Below are positions 29,343 to 38,415 of a stretch of 38,415 bases of DNA, one piece after another. Source of the stretch: a virus. Lineage: Duplodnaviria; Caudoviricetes. The notes below the pieces were generated by a model, which was given only the letters and a program-made list of their open reading frames with translations, ran no database searches and was not told the DNA's origin. Within the stretch, counting starts at the first letter, position 1; every line of letters starts with the position of its first letter. The stretch covers positions 1 through 38,415 of the IMG/VR virus record IMGVR_UViG_3300027769_000065. The stretch is one strand, 5' to 3'. The position numbers and the translations under genes were made by a program.

Positions 29343-31255
29343 TGGCTACAATTAAAAAAACTATACAAAATCTAAAACCTGGAAAACAATATCTTTTAAC
29401 GGTTAAACCAAAAGATGCAGAACTAAACGTTCTCTTAGATCCAGCTTCAGCTGTTAGATTCACTATTCCAGCTGACCTTACTCAGCCAGCTGAACTTGGC
29501 GACTTGACAATAGTTGGAAACTACAAATCTATAATGATTAGCTTTAACCCATCTAACGAAGCTGACCTAAGAGGATATAACTACGAAGTTTACCTTCCTG
29601 AAGATATAGCACAAAGTGGTTCAACATATGTAATTATTAGTGGGGCAACTCCATTTCTTTCTGGTTTTTCTGCCTCCAATGTTATAGCTGTTGATGTTCC
29701 TCAAAACTCAGAAACAACAAATAATGTTGATTCTAATACTGGTGTCACAACTGTAGTGACAACCGAAAAACTTTATTTTGCAAGAGTGCAATCAATAGAC
29801 ACCTCTGCGAATAAATCTGCATGGACGCCAATTGTTGCATCTACTGCTACTACGCTTATAGACTCTGCTCATATCGTAGATCTCACAGCATCAAAAATTA
29901 CAGCTGGAACAATCGGTGCACACACTATTACTTTGGCTGGTGGAACTTCTGTTATTAAATCTTCTACATTTAATGGAGTTGATGTTGGTGGCGGAAGCTA
30001 TGCAAATGCTACAACAGGTTGGTTAATTAATGGTAGTGGTAGAGCATATTTCTATGACGCAACAATTGCTGGAAGTATCGACATTGGTGGATTTGACTCT
30101 GGTTCTTTTCACGTTGATAGCGAAGGAAACCTTTGGCTAGGTTCTGGAACGCTAGTCAATGCCCCATTCAAGGTTCTTAAAGAAGGCGATGTTACAGCCA
30201 ATACAATAACCACTAAGAACTTAACATTAACTGGAAATACAGTAATGTCGAATAATTCAAAAATTTTTCTTGGAACAGGTGTTTATAGCAACACTAATAC
30301 TCCATTTTATGTAGATGATGATAGCCAATTCTCTTTAGGTAACAAACTAACTTGGGATGGATCAACACTCACGATAACTGGTAACGTTAACATAACTGGT
30401 GGCAATACCCTAACGTTGATCAACGATGCTCAATCAGATGCAGATACTGCGTATAGCGTTGCCATCTCTGCAAACTCTATTGCTGTGTCAGCTCAATCAA
30501 CCGCAAACGACGCTTATTCAGAAGCTGTTACTAGAATACTTCCAGGAGAATTAGAGGCTAGAATAAATGACAGCGTAACTAATATTAGCGGTGGAAAAAT
30601 TACAACAGGAAGTATAAATGCTAATTTAATTACGACCGGAACCCTTAGCGCAGATTATATTTTTGGTGGAACAATATCAGGATCGGCTATTTTGTTAGGT
30701 AGCTTATATGTAGATACTGGTGGCTTTATTCAAGCCACCAATGTTGAAATAGCTGCGGGTTTTAGATATAGATGTAGTGGTGTGTTTAACTCTACTGGAA
30801 GCAGCACAACTGCAAGAGTACACAATCCAGGTTCGGTAGAAGCATTATGTTCTCCATCTTCAAAAAGAGAATATAAGTATAATATAGAAGATATACCCGA
30901 TGCATTAAATATATTAAAAACAGTAAGACCAAGAATATTTAATTGGAAAATAGATAATTTTGATAAAGTTGATCCTTGGACTGGAGAACCTTGGACTGAA
31001 GAAGCTAAAGCTATAAATGAATTTAATAAATCATATGGTTTTATAGCAGAAGAGATGGCAGAAGATCAACCGTTACTTACTGTGTATGAATCACCCGACG
31101 CATCTTTGCCAAAAGACCAACCTGGTGGAGCATTTGACTTTTCAGCGTGGAAACCAAAAATGTGGAAAGAAATGGACTTTATACCGCTTTTAGTTAAGGC
31201 TGTTCAAGAATTGTCAGCTAAAGTAGAAGAACTTGAAAGTAGATTAAATTCTTAA
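29342..31255 (+). CDS. Tail fibre or spike with FN3-like region and C-terminal intramolecular chaperone (peptidase S74-like)
   Basis: LTASKITAGTI and KITTGSI repeats; PSSKREYKYNIEDI...FNW...GFIAEE...LVKAVQELSAKVEELE. Confidence 0.8.
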   Translation: MATIKKTIQNLKPGKQYLLTVKPKDAELNVLLDPASAVRFTIPADLTQPAELGDLTIVGNYKSIMISFNPSNEADLRGYNYEVYLPEDIAQSGSTYVIISGATPFLSGFSASNVIAVDVPQNSETTNNVDSNTGVTTVVTTEKLYFARVQSIDTSANKSAWTPIVASTATTLIDSAHIVDLTASKITAGTIGAHTITLAGGTSVIKSSTFNGVDVGGGSYANATTGWLINGSGRAYFYDATIAGSIDIGGFDSGSFHVDSEGNLWLGSGTLVNAPFKVLKEGDVTANTITTKNLTLTGNTVMSNNSKIFLGTGVYSNTNTPFYVDDDSQFSLGNKLTWDGSTLTITGNVNITGGNTLTLINDAQSDADTAYSVAISANSIAVSAQSTANDAYSEAVTRILPGELEARINDSVTNISGGKITTGSINANLITTGTLSADYIFGGTISGSAILLGSLYVDTGGFIQATNVEIAAGFRYRCSGVFNSTGSSTTARVHNPGSVEALCSPSSKREYKYNIEDIPDALNILKTVRPRIFNWKIDNFDKVDPWTGEPWTEEAKAINEFNKSYGFIAEEMAEDQPLLTVYESPDASLPKDQPGGAFDFSAWKPKMWKEMDFIPLLVKAVQELSAKVEELESRLNS

Positions 31256-31336
31256 TATATTCTACAGCGCGCATTATCATTGTAAATCATGTATAATGGA
31301 AGTCAAATTAAAAAATTATAAAAAGGAAAATACAAT

Positions 31337-31519
31337 ATGAGCGATACACCACAAGTAGAACAGAAAACAGAATTTGTTGTAGAGATCAAGATTAGCGACA
31401 AGAATCTTTCTTACAAGAGTGATTTTACAGAAGCTGAAACAATCTTTTGGCTTGAAGCTGTAAAGGATCTTATTATCAAGAAGACTTTTGAAGCCGCAGG
31501 AATGGCTGAAAAACAATAA
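31337..31519 (+). CDS. Hypothetical protein, 60 aa
   Basis: AAAGGA RBS; TGTATAAT about 45 nt upstream. Confidence 0.7.
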   Translation: MSDTPQVEQKTEFVVEIKISDKNLSYKSDFTEAETIFWLEAVKDLIIKKTFEAAGMAEKQ

Positions 31520-31577
31520 ATTACAGCCTAGACAAATTTAGTCTACTATTAGACATAGGCTTAAATAAGGACGTACC

Positions 31578-33227
31578 ATGGCAATTAAAGATTATTTACC
31601 GTTTCAAAGAGTAGATAAAGATCTTACTTTCTCTGACAAGGCTTTAGCGCCAGAGCAAGTAAAGGGTTTATCTAAGGCTATGAAAATAGCATCGCTGGCT
31701 CTTGGCTTCCAGGGTACTAATTATTATTTCAATAATAGAGCAACGTTTGAAAGACCAGCATACGACTTCGAAAGATTAATGCAGGCTGTTGATACGGACT
31801 CTTATGTAAAACAAGCTATGTCTAAATATAAAGATCTTTTTTGGAAAGAAGGTTGGGAAATAGTTTCTGAAAACCCAGAAGCTATTTCTTATCTTCACCA
31901 AAGAATAGATTTTATGGAAATAGCAATGAAGAGACCATTTGTCGAATTCTTAATTGAAGTTTCAGACCAACTCTTCAAGTTCTCAAATGCCTTTATCGTT
32001 AAGGCAAGAGGAGACTTAAGCGAATACTTCCCAGATAAATTAACACCTATGACTGGTGATCTTCCAGTAATCGGTTATTATCTAATTCCTACTGAGCAAG
32101 TAAGAATTTTTAGAGATAAGCATAATAGACCAAAATCTTATAGGCAAGAGACAGATCCTCTTACCTACATGCCGCTTGAAGGCAATCCAACTTGGACTGC
32201 AGAAAAGGTAATTCATTTACACTTTGATAGAAAAACTGGAAGAGCATTTGGTACTCCGTTTTTGATTAACGTTTTAGATGATGTGATTGCGCTTCGTCAA
32301 ATTGAAGAAGATATTCAGAATCTTGTTCATAGAGAATTGTTTCCACTTTATAAGTACAAGATTGGAACCGCAGAACAACCAGCAGAACCAGAAGAAATTA
32401 CACAAGCAGCCATAGAGATAGAAAATCTAAGAGCTGAAGGTGGTTTGATTCTTCCATTTAGGCATGACGTAGAAGTGATTGGATCACAGGGTTCAGCACT
32501 TGACGCAAGTCAATACTTAAATCACTTCAAAGAACGTGTTGCAATTGGACTAGGTGTTGCACCACATCATTTGGGAATGTCAATGAATGGCGGTAACAGA
32601 TCTGTTACTGAAAGATTAGACGTCGCTCTATATGACAGAATTAAGCAAATGCAAAAGCTTTTTTCTGAGATGATAAGATTGAATATATTTAATGAACTCT
32701 TATTTGAGGGTGGATTTGATCCAATCTCTAACCCAATGGAAAGTGGGGAGTCCGACAGGTGCTATTTTAAGTTCAAGGAAATAGATGTTGATACTCAGGT
32801 TAAGAAAGAAAACCACATTGTTCAAAAGTATGTAAATAACTTAATTACACTTGAAGAAGCTCGTTTAGGACTAGGCTATGACTCTGACATAGACACAAGC
32901 AGTATGTACGCTGCTATACAAGGTGATATTCAGGTTGACATTGCAACAGCAACAACTAAAGCACAAGCAAAAGCACAGGCAGCTAATCAACCACCAGATC
33001 CAAAAACAGCTGATGGTCAAAAATCTGCTCCAGCTGGACAAAGAAATCTTCCTTCAAAGAGAAAAGGCGTTGGCAATGCAATGAGGCCAACAAATCAAAA
33101 TGGAAGAAAGAATTCTCCAGACATTAAAAGATATGATAATAATTTCCTAACAGTAATTGAATCATTGTTAGATAACGAGTATACTGTTATAGAATCAGAT
33201 GTTGAAAAGGATAAAGATAATGTTTAA
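31578..33227 (+). CDS. Portal protein
   Basis: 549 aa upstream of protease and capsid genes; VIHLHF...AFGTPFL clip-like segment; ITLEEARLGLGY near the C-terminus. Confidence 0.8.
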   Translation: MAIKDYLPFQRVDKDLTFSDKALAPEQVKGLSKAMKIASLALGFQGTNYYFNNRATFERPAYDFERLMQAVDTDSYVKQAMSKYKDLFWKEGWEIVSENPEAISYLHQRIDFMEIAMKRPFVEFLIEVSDQLFKFSNAFIVKARGDLSEYFPDKLTPMTGDLPVIGYYLIPTEQVRIFRDKHNRPKSYRQETDPLTYMPLEGNPTWTAEKVIHLHFDRKTGRAFGTPFLINVLDDVIALRQIEEDIQNLVHRELFPLYKYKIGTAEQPAEPEEITQAAIEIENLRAEGGLILPFRHDVEVIGSQGSALDASQYLNHFKERVAIGLGVAPHHLGMSMNGGNRSVTERLDVALYDRIKQMQKLFSEMIRLNIFNELLFEGGFDPISNPMESGESDRCYFKFKEIDVDTQVKKENHIVQKYVNNLITLEEARLGLGYDSDIDTSSMYAAIQGDIQVDIATATTKAQAKAQAANQPPDPKTADGQKSAPAGQRNLPSKRKGVGNAMRPTNQNGRKNSPDIKRYDNNFLTVIESLLDNEYTVIESDVEKDKDNV

Positions 33228-33534
33228 TGTAAACGATAAGATTACAAGTAGCGATGACACAGAAGCAAATGCGCTTGATGTTTTTAAGAAGGCTGTTAAC
33301 AATGGTCAAACCAGATTAGCTCTTGAAGCTTTAGTTGACGTTGTTGATTCTATAATTGATTTTATTACCTCAGAACCAGAAGACGAGACTGCAGAGGAAG
33401 TCGTTGTTGCACCTGATCTCAAGACTGCAACAATTGCTGAAGTCAAAGAAGAGAAAGTAGAATCTACAACTGTAGAAGCTACTGCTCCCGCTAAGAAAAA
33501 AGCAAAAGAAACAACGACTTCTATTTCAGAATAA
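33220..33534 (+). CDS. Hypothetical protein with acidic low-complexity tail, 104 aa
   Basis: AAAGGA precedes ATG 33220. Confidence 0.7.
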   Translation: MFNVNDKITSSDDTEANALDVFKKAVNNGQTRLALEALVDVVDSIIDFITSEPEDETAEEVVVAPDLKTATIAEVKEEKVESTTVEATAPAKKKAKETTTSISE

Positions 33535-33537
33535 TTC

Positions 33538-34308
33538 ATGATTGAGTTAGTGATTGGTTGTCCAATCTATAAAAGAGACTGGATATTTCCTTATTGGATT
33601 TCTTGCATAGAAAATCAAAATATTGATTTTTCAAAAACTGCGTTTGTATTTGAAGCTTCACCAGATGATGAAGCAACGATAGAGATGTTAGTTAAATATA
33701 GAAACGCCAGACCAGATATACCCGAATTTATCTTAGATATAAAACAAGATGTTCCACATTTTTCTCACGAAGAAGGAACAAGAACTTGGAGCATATCTAA
33801 GTACGAAAACATGGTTAATCTAAGAAACTCTCTTTTGTCAAAAGTTAGAGATATTAATCCAAATTATTTTTTTAGTTTAGATTCTGACATACTTATAACT
33901 AACGAAAATACAATTCAACTTCTGATTGCGCATGTAAACTCTGGAGCCGATGCGGTTAGTCCATTGATGTTTATGACCCCAACAAACACAATGTATCCAA
34001 GTGTAATGAACTGGATAAAAGAACCTGGTGGTCAAGCTTATAGAAAAGAGCAATACCCGCTTGGTCAGTATTTTGAATCAGATGTTATTATGGCAGCAAA
34101 AATGATGTCAAGAGATGTGTATAAAAATGTTGATTATTCACTCCATACACAGGGTGAGGATTTGGGCTGGTCTGGAAACGCAGCAAAAATGGGCTACAAG
34201 CTCTATTCAGCTTCATACATCTATGCTCCACACATAATGCATAAGCAAATGATGCAGAGTTTTTTGTCAAATGGAGATTCTAGAGAAAATTTTTTTGCAA
34301 CAGCATAA
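33538..34308 (+). CDS. GT-A fold glycosyltransferase
   Basis: VIGCPIY N-terminal strand, LRN, FFSLDSD (DxD), GEDLG, terminal PHI. Confidence 0.8.
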   Translation: MIELVIGCPIYKRDWIFPYWISCIENQNIDFSKTAFVFEASPDDEATIEMLVKYRNARPDIPEFILDIKQDVPHFSHEEGTRTWSISKYENMVNLRNSLLSKVRDINPNYFFSLDSDILITNENTIQLLIAHVNSGADAVSPLMFMTPTNTMYPSVMNWIKEPGGQAYRKEQYPLGQYFESDVIMAAKMMSRDVYKNVDYSLHTQGEDLGWSGNAAKMGYKLYSASYIYAPHIMHKQMMQSFLSNGDSRENFFATA

Positions 34309-34394
34309 AAGTATGATATCTTTATATAAGATTGTTTAATCTTATAAAACCTAATTTACTATAAACAATACATTAAAATAAATGGAGCATTAAA

Positions 34395-36108
34395 ATGGCA
34401 TTTGATTTCGTTGAAAGTTTCACACTTCAACTTCCTGATCTTTCAGGATTGGAAAATGATTTTTCCGAGTCGTTTAGCAAGAACCATGGTTTAATTATTG
34501 AAGTAGCCGCAATACATGAGCGGACTAACTGCTAACTACAATAACTACTCTGCCATTGAATTAGAAAAAGCTCTTCAGTCTTGGGTTGAACCATATCCTA
34601 AGCCAATTATTTTAAATCACGATTTAAACTCTGAACCAATTGGTAGAGTTATTGCAGCTAAAATGGATAAGGAAGAAGATGGTGCTCCTTACGTAAGATT
34701 GCAGGTTGCAATTACGGATCCATTGGCAGCTCAAAAGATTTCAGACAAGAGATACCTGACTGGGTCAGTTGGCGGAAGAGCTGGAAAAGCAGTTTGCTCA
34801 ATTTCTGGTGAAGACTTAGCTGCTGAATCAGCAGATGGTAGACCAAAGATGGCAAAGTATAAGCGTGGTCAGGTTTACAAGGGTAAACTTGCTTTTGTCG
34901 ACATGCAGGACATTTCATTTAAAGAATATTCATTCGTTAATCAACCGGCAGATCAAAGATCTAGCGTAAGAGCTTCTAAGACAATTGATGGATCAACAGT
35001 AGTAACTGATTCAGATAATTGGACAGCAAAAACGGCAGCCTTTATTTTACATATGGATAAAGAAGATATAACTACCGTAGAAGAGAATGAATCTATTTTA
35101 AAGGGTATGAAGAAAAAGGAGTCTAGACCACTTTATCTTCATGTTAAAGGAGCTTTTCTTACGGCTTTAGCCTTTCAAGAAAGCGAAACTGCAAAGGCTG
35201 ATAATACTTCGTTACTATCAGAAAAGAATATTATTGACGAGGAGAATGTTGAAATGGACGAAATCGTTAAAGGTGATGATGTTTTGGCAACTGTTGAAAA
35301 TCTGAGCCAAGACCTGTCAGCAATTGCTACAGCGCCTAAAGAAGAATCAGAAGAAATTTCTTCACAAGAAGAAGCTTCTGTAAATGTAGAAGCAAAAAAT
35401 GTAGATCTTATATCTGCGCTGTCAGATGCTCTTCAAGTAGCGCAAGAAGCTGGTGAGCAATCTATGGTAGATGTTCTTTCTTCAAAGATTGAAGATCTAA
35501 AGAAAGCGCAAGAGCAAGCATTGCCGGTTGAGACACCAGCTGCAGAAAATGCAGAACAGTCTCCTAGCGATGAAGAATCTGAAGGAGAAAAAGTGGAAAC
35601 AGAAGAACAAGGTAAAGAAGAAGTGGTTGATTCTGAAACTGCCGAGTCCTCCCCAGAAAATGAAACACAAGAAGAGTCAAATTCAGAGCTCACAGACAGT
35701 ACACAAGCTGCTGAGCAAGATGACAATGACAATAAACTTCAAGTGCTTCAACAGGAAAATGCAAAGCTTAGAGAGGCGTTACATCGCACTTTGGCCGAAA
35801 GAGTAGTTGATACTAAAATTTCATTAGGAGTAGAACCGATTGAGGAAAGAGAAAACTTGATTCAAGATCACGTAACTCGTTCAGCAGGTTCTTTAGCTGA
35901 TTCTCTTAGAGATTTAGCTAAGCTCCCAGTAGCTAAGAAGAATATTCAAAAGCTCAATGTTGAATCCGTAATGGACAATTATGTTGTTTCAGAAAAAGAA
36001 GACAACGTTATTGTTGAAGACGAAGAAGTAACAACTGCACCAGAAGAAAAAGTGAATACAGTTGAAGAACTGTTTGTTGATACTCTCATGGGCCGTCGCA
36101 AACTTTAA
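34395..36108 (+). CDS. Prohead protease fused to an acidic scaffold-like region (about 570 aa); +1 frame change at CGGA 34521-34524
   Basis: GGAG RBS before ATG 34395; AAIHE-G-LTANYNNY, PKPIILNHD, PIGRV, YLTGSVG, EYSFVNQPAD; E-rich coiled-coil C-terminus. Confidence 0.82.
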
Positions 36109-36138
36109 AACAAATATATATAAACAAGGAGATAATAA

Positions 36139-36894
36139 ATGTCATTAGCAAAATTTCGTAAAGTAGGTACCAAGACAGGTGCTGGTCGTTTCGTTGTTTC
36201 AGAGGGTATTGCACCTTCGGCATACATCCTGCCATCAGTTGCTCTTCCAACTTGGTACAGTGACTCAGAAGATGATCGTTTTGAAATTGTTATTCCAAAG
36301 GGAACAATCCTTTCGGTAGTGACAGATGCAAGCGGTGATTCACGTTTCGTTCCAGCTAACGGTAGCGGATCTTCAGTAACATGGGGAGACACAATTTCAG
36401 GTTGGAACCCACTTGCAGGAGCAACACCAGTTGCTGGTGCAGCTGGAGACACACAGGCAGTAGCTGCACGTTCAGTGCCAGTTGGCTGCGCACAGTACGA
36501 TCTCTACAGACCATTTGATAAGGGCACATCGCAAGGTGCAGGCTTTATCGTTAGAGGTTATGTTGAGTATCCAATGGTAACAAACGTCAACGCTGATTTA
36601 GTAGCAGGTGACTTGGTTGCGGCAGACTTCATGGGCCGTCCAAGATTGCTCTCAGGATCTGACGCTGGCACATACCCATGGTTGCAAGTTGGTAAAGTAA
36701 TTGAAGTTGAGAAGTTTGCTACAAACTTTGATGACGGATTGCTTTCCTACATGCAACTTCCATCAGATCCAGGTGCGCTCAAGACAGTTTATGAGCTCAC
36801 AAGATCAGGCACATACTCAGGTAAACTTGGTATCCGTGCAAATCTAGATGTTACGAATGTTGTTGGCGCATTCCGCGTGAACTTAACACTCTAA
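36139..36894 (+). CDS. Probable head decoration protein
   Basis: AGGAG RBS; between scaffold and MCP; IPKGTIL, LVAGDLV and QVGKV pattern. Confidence 0.65.
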   Translation: MSLAKFRKVGTKTGAGRFVVSEGIAPSAYILPSVALPTWYSDSEDDRFEIVIPKGTILSVVTDASGDSRFVPANGSGSSVTWGDTISGWNPLAGATPVAGAAGDTQAVAARSVPVGCAQYDLYRPFDKGTSQGAGFIVRGYVEYPMVTNVNADLVAGDLVAADFMGRPRLLSGSDAGTYPWLQVGKVIEVEKFATNFDDGLLSYMQLPSDPGALKTVYELTRSGTYSGKLGIRANLDVTNVVGAFRVNLTL

Positions 36895-36946
36895 TAAAAA
36901 AAAGAAACAATAAAAGAAAACAATAAACAGGAGGATATATCCTAAG

Positions 36947-38011
36947 ATGAGTAAGACAATCCAAGAACTCCTCTCGGGTCTCCCAGCTTGGGAAGCCGCA
37001 TTTGCTGAGGATGGTTACATCGACACAGACAACAGAGTTACAATCAAGGAAGCATTCGGCTCGTCAGACGCAGCCGCTTTGTTCCCTAAGGTTATCTCTC
37101 GTACTCTGCGCGAAGCAGCCGAACCACAGCTTTTGGTAACTCCGCTTCTTTCTACAGTACGCCTTGGTAAGGGTCGTTCTTTGGAATTTCCAGCGGTAAA
37201 CGCAATTCAAGCTGCTGAGATCCCAGAAGGACAAGAGTACCCAGAACAAGCTCTCGCATTTGCTAAGCAGATCGAGGGTAAGGTGTCAAAGAAGGGCGTT
37301 AAGCTGGCTTTCACAGAGGAAGTTATTGCCGATTCTCTTTGGGACATCGTAGGCCTCCATGTGCGTGCCGCTGGCCGTGCAATGGCACGTTTGAAGGAGC
37401 AAATTGCTCTGAGTCGTTTTAAGGACGCAGCTACAATTGTGTACGACAACGACAATACAGGAAGCTATGACAGAACAATCGGCCGTGGCATCGATGGTGA
37501 ATTTAATGACACCCTCGCATGGGACGACGTTGTAGACATGGCAGCTGTGTTAATGGCCGAAAATCATATACCAACAGACTTCATTCTTCACCCACTGATG
37601 TGGTCGGTGTTCCTTAAGGACTCCATCTTCCACATGGGTGGCGCTGCATCAGCTGTTAATACCAGCTGGGGCTACCGCCCACAGTCGAAGGATGGTGCTC
37701 TTAACGCGACAGCTCCTATGGGCTTGAACGTATTGGTATCACCATTCGTAAGCTTTACAGCTAAGAGTGGAGCAACACCAGCTAAGTCGGACGTGTTCTT
37801 GATCGACCGTAATGAGGTCGGAACTCTTCTGGTTAAGGATGACATGAGTACAGATCAGTTTGATGATCCATCACGTGACATTCGTTCCATGAAGATGAAA
37901 GAGCGCTATGACATCATCATGCTGGGTGACGGTGAAGGTATCACTGTTGCTAAGAACATCAGACTTGCCCGTAACTACGAGGTTGGCGTTATCAACCAGG
38001 TAACTCTGTAA
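36947..38011 (+). CDS. Major capsid protein (HK97-type fold)
   Basis: AGGAGG RBS, biased codons; EIPEGQEYP, KKGVKLAFTEEVIADS, AGRAMAR, PTDFILHP; strong terminator follows. Confidence 0.88.
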   Translation: MSKTIQELLSGLPAWEAAFAEDGYIDTDNRVTIKEAFGSSDAAALFPKVISRTLREAAEPQLLVTPLLSTVRLGKGRSLEFPAVNAIQAAEIPEGQEYPEQALAFAKQIEGKVSKKGVKLAFTEEVIADSLWDIVGLHVRAAGRAMARLKEQIALSRFKDAATIVYDNDNTGSYDRTIGRGIDGEFNDTLAWDDVVDMAAVLMAENHIPTDFILHPLMWSVFLKDSIFHMGGAASAVNTSWGYRPQSKDGALNATAPMGLNVLVSPFVSFTAKSGATPAKSDVFLIDRNEVGTLLVKDDMSTDQFDDPSRDIRSMKMKERYDIIMLGDGEGITVAKNIRLARNYEVGVINQVTL

Positions 38012-38057
38012 TAAAACCTTAGGACTGTTATAGTTACGACACAGTCTTAGAAAGTAG

Positions 38058-38087
38058 GGGGCAGCGAAAGCTGCCCCTTATTTTTTT
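38058..38087 (+). terminator. Rho-independent terminator
   Basis: GGGGCAGC-GAAA-GCTGCCCC then a T run. Confidence 0.85.
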
Positions 38088-38137
38088 GTACAAACCTTGT
38101 TACTAGATAAGTAGAAGATTTTCTGAGGAGAGATGTA

Positions 38138-38415
38138 GTGGCACTTAACCTTTTAGACTATGCCTCAGTTGGTGTAGATAAAGTAAAAATTAAATTTGGT
38201 AGAACAATAAAGGTTAGTTCTATTACAAATGATAAATTTATTGTACAGACTACAGACGCCACTCCAACTGCAGTAACAAGTCCGTTTAAAACAATAAATA
38301 CTCTAGCTGATTATAATAGTATATCTAGAACCCTTACTTTATATTGGGACAAGGTACTGACATCTGGTCAGGAATACTATATAAGAGCAGTTGGTCTCCT
38401 TGATGCTGCAAACGA
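38138..38415 (+). CDS. Ig-like domain virion protein, partial
   Basis: GAGGAG RBS, GTG start, open to the window end; VKIKFGRTI...RTLTL...LTSGQEYYIR...LLDAAN pattern of bacterial Ig-like domains. Confidence 0.6.
   Translation, partial: MALNLLDYASVGVDKVKIKFGRTIKVSSITNDKFIVQTTDATPTAVTSPFKTINTLADYNSISRTLTLYWDKVLTSGQEYYIRAVGLLDAAN

Noticed and set aside
15100-36108. Split genes as pseudogenes, introns or stop-codon reassignment
   Set aside because: Catalytic motifs are intact, each break is a single-base frame change with no intervening sequence, and TAA, TAG and TGA all end genes normally. A sequencing artefact is not rejected and is listed as the main test.
34516-36108. Tracked starts at 34516, 25071, 28563, 18941 and 15611 as true starts
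   Set aside because: They lack convincing RBSs, and in the Clp and protease cases they cut off family motifs. Upstream starts with an RBS or next to the previous stop exist in the preceding frame.
18073-37455. Short antisense or alternative-frame ORFs inside late genes (e.g. 22717..23193, 35433..35732, 36105..36452)
   Set aside because: Shadows of low-complexity or codon-biased genes; no RBS or recognisable motifs.
1-38415. A tRNA gene, in particular one with a UCCG anticodon
   Set aside because: I found no cloverleaf with a T-loop by eye. A TGT-TCCG-ACA mini-hairpin near 5543-5552 lacks tRNA context. tRNAscan-SE or ARAGORN in relaxed mode is needed.

Overview
Fragment of a large tailed dsDNA phage genome. 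Host is uncertain. The left part (1-11.6 kb, minus strand, higher GC by eye) is an early or host-takeover-like region. It holds about 15 single-gene or RNA-only cassettes, each headed by the same AT-rich motif (TTATA-N3/4-TATAAATATnTCTnTGC), and ends in a gene missing from the ORF track (<1..1424) with signatures of a two-barrel, YonO/RdRP-like RNA polymerase. The middle holds recA and small genes. The right part (15-38 kb, plus strand) is a late module: Clp-type AAA+ ATPase, Gly/Ala-rich probable internal virion proteins, terminase, tail fibre, portal, glycosyltransferase, prohead protease/scaffold, decoration protein and major capsid protein. The main observation is that eight plus-strand genes are broken by nine +1 frame changes. 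Every one falls at an in-frame CGG-A, always near the 5' end of the gene, and the frame resumes on GGA (Gly). This suggests a recoding system (a CGGA quadruplet codon or programmed +1 shift) gating late genes. A systematic sequencing artefact remains the alternative to exclude.
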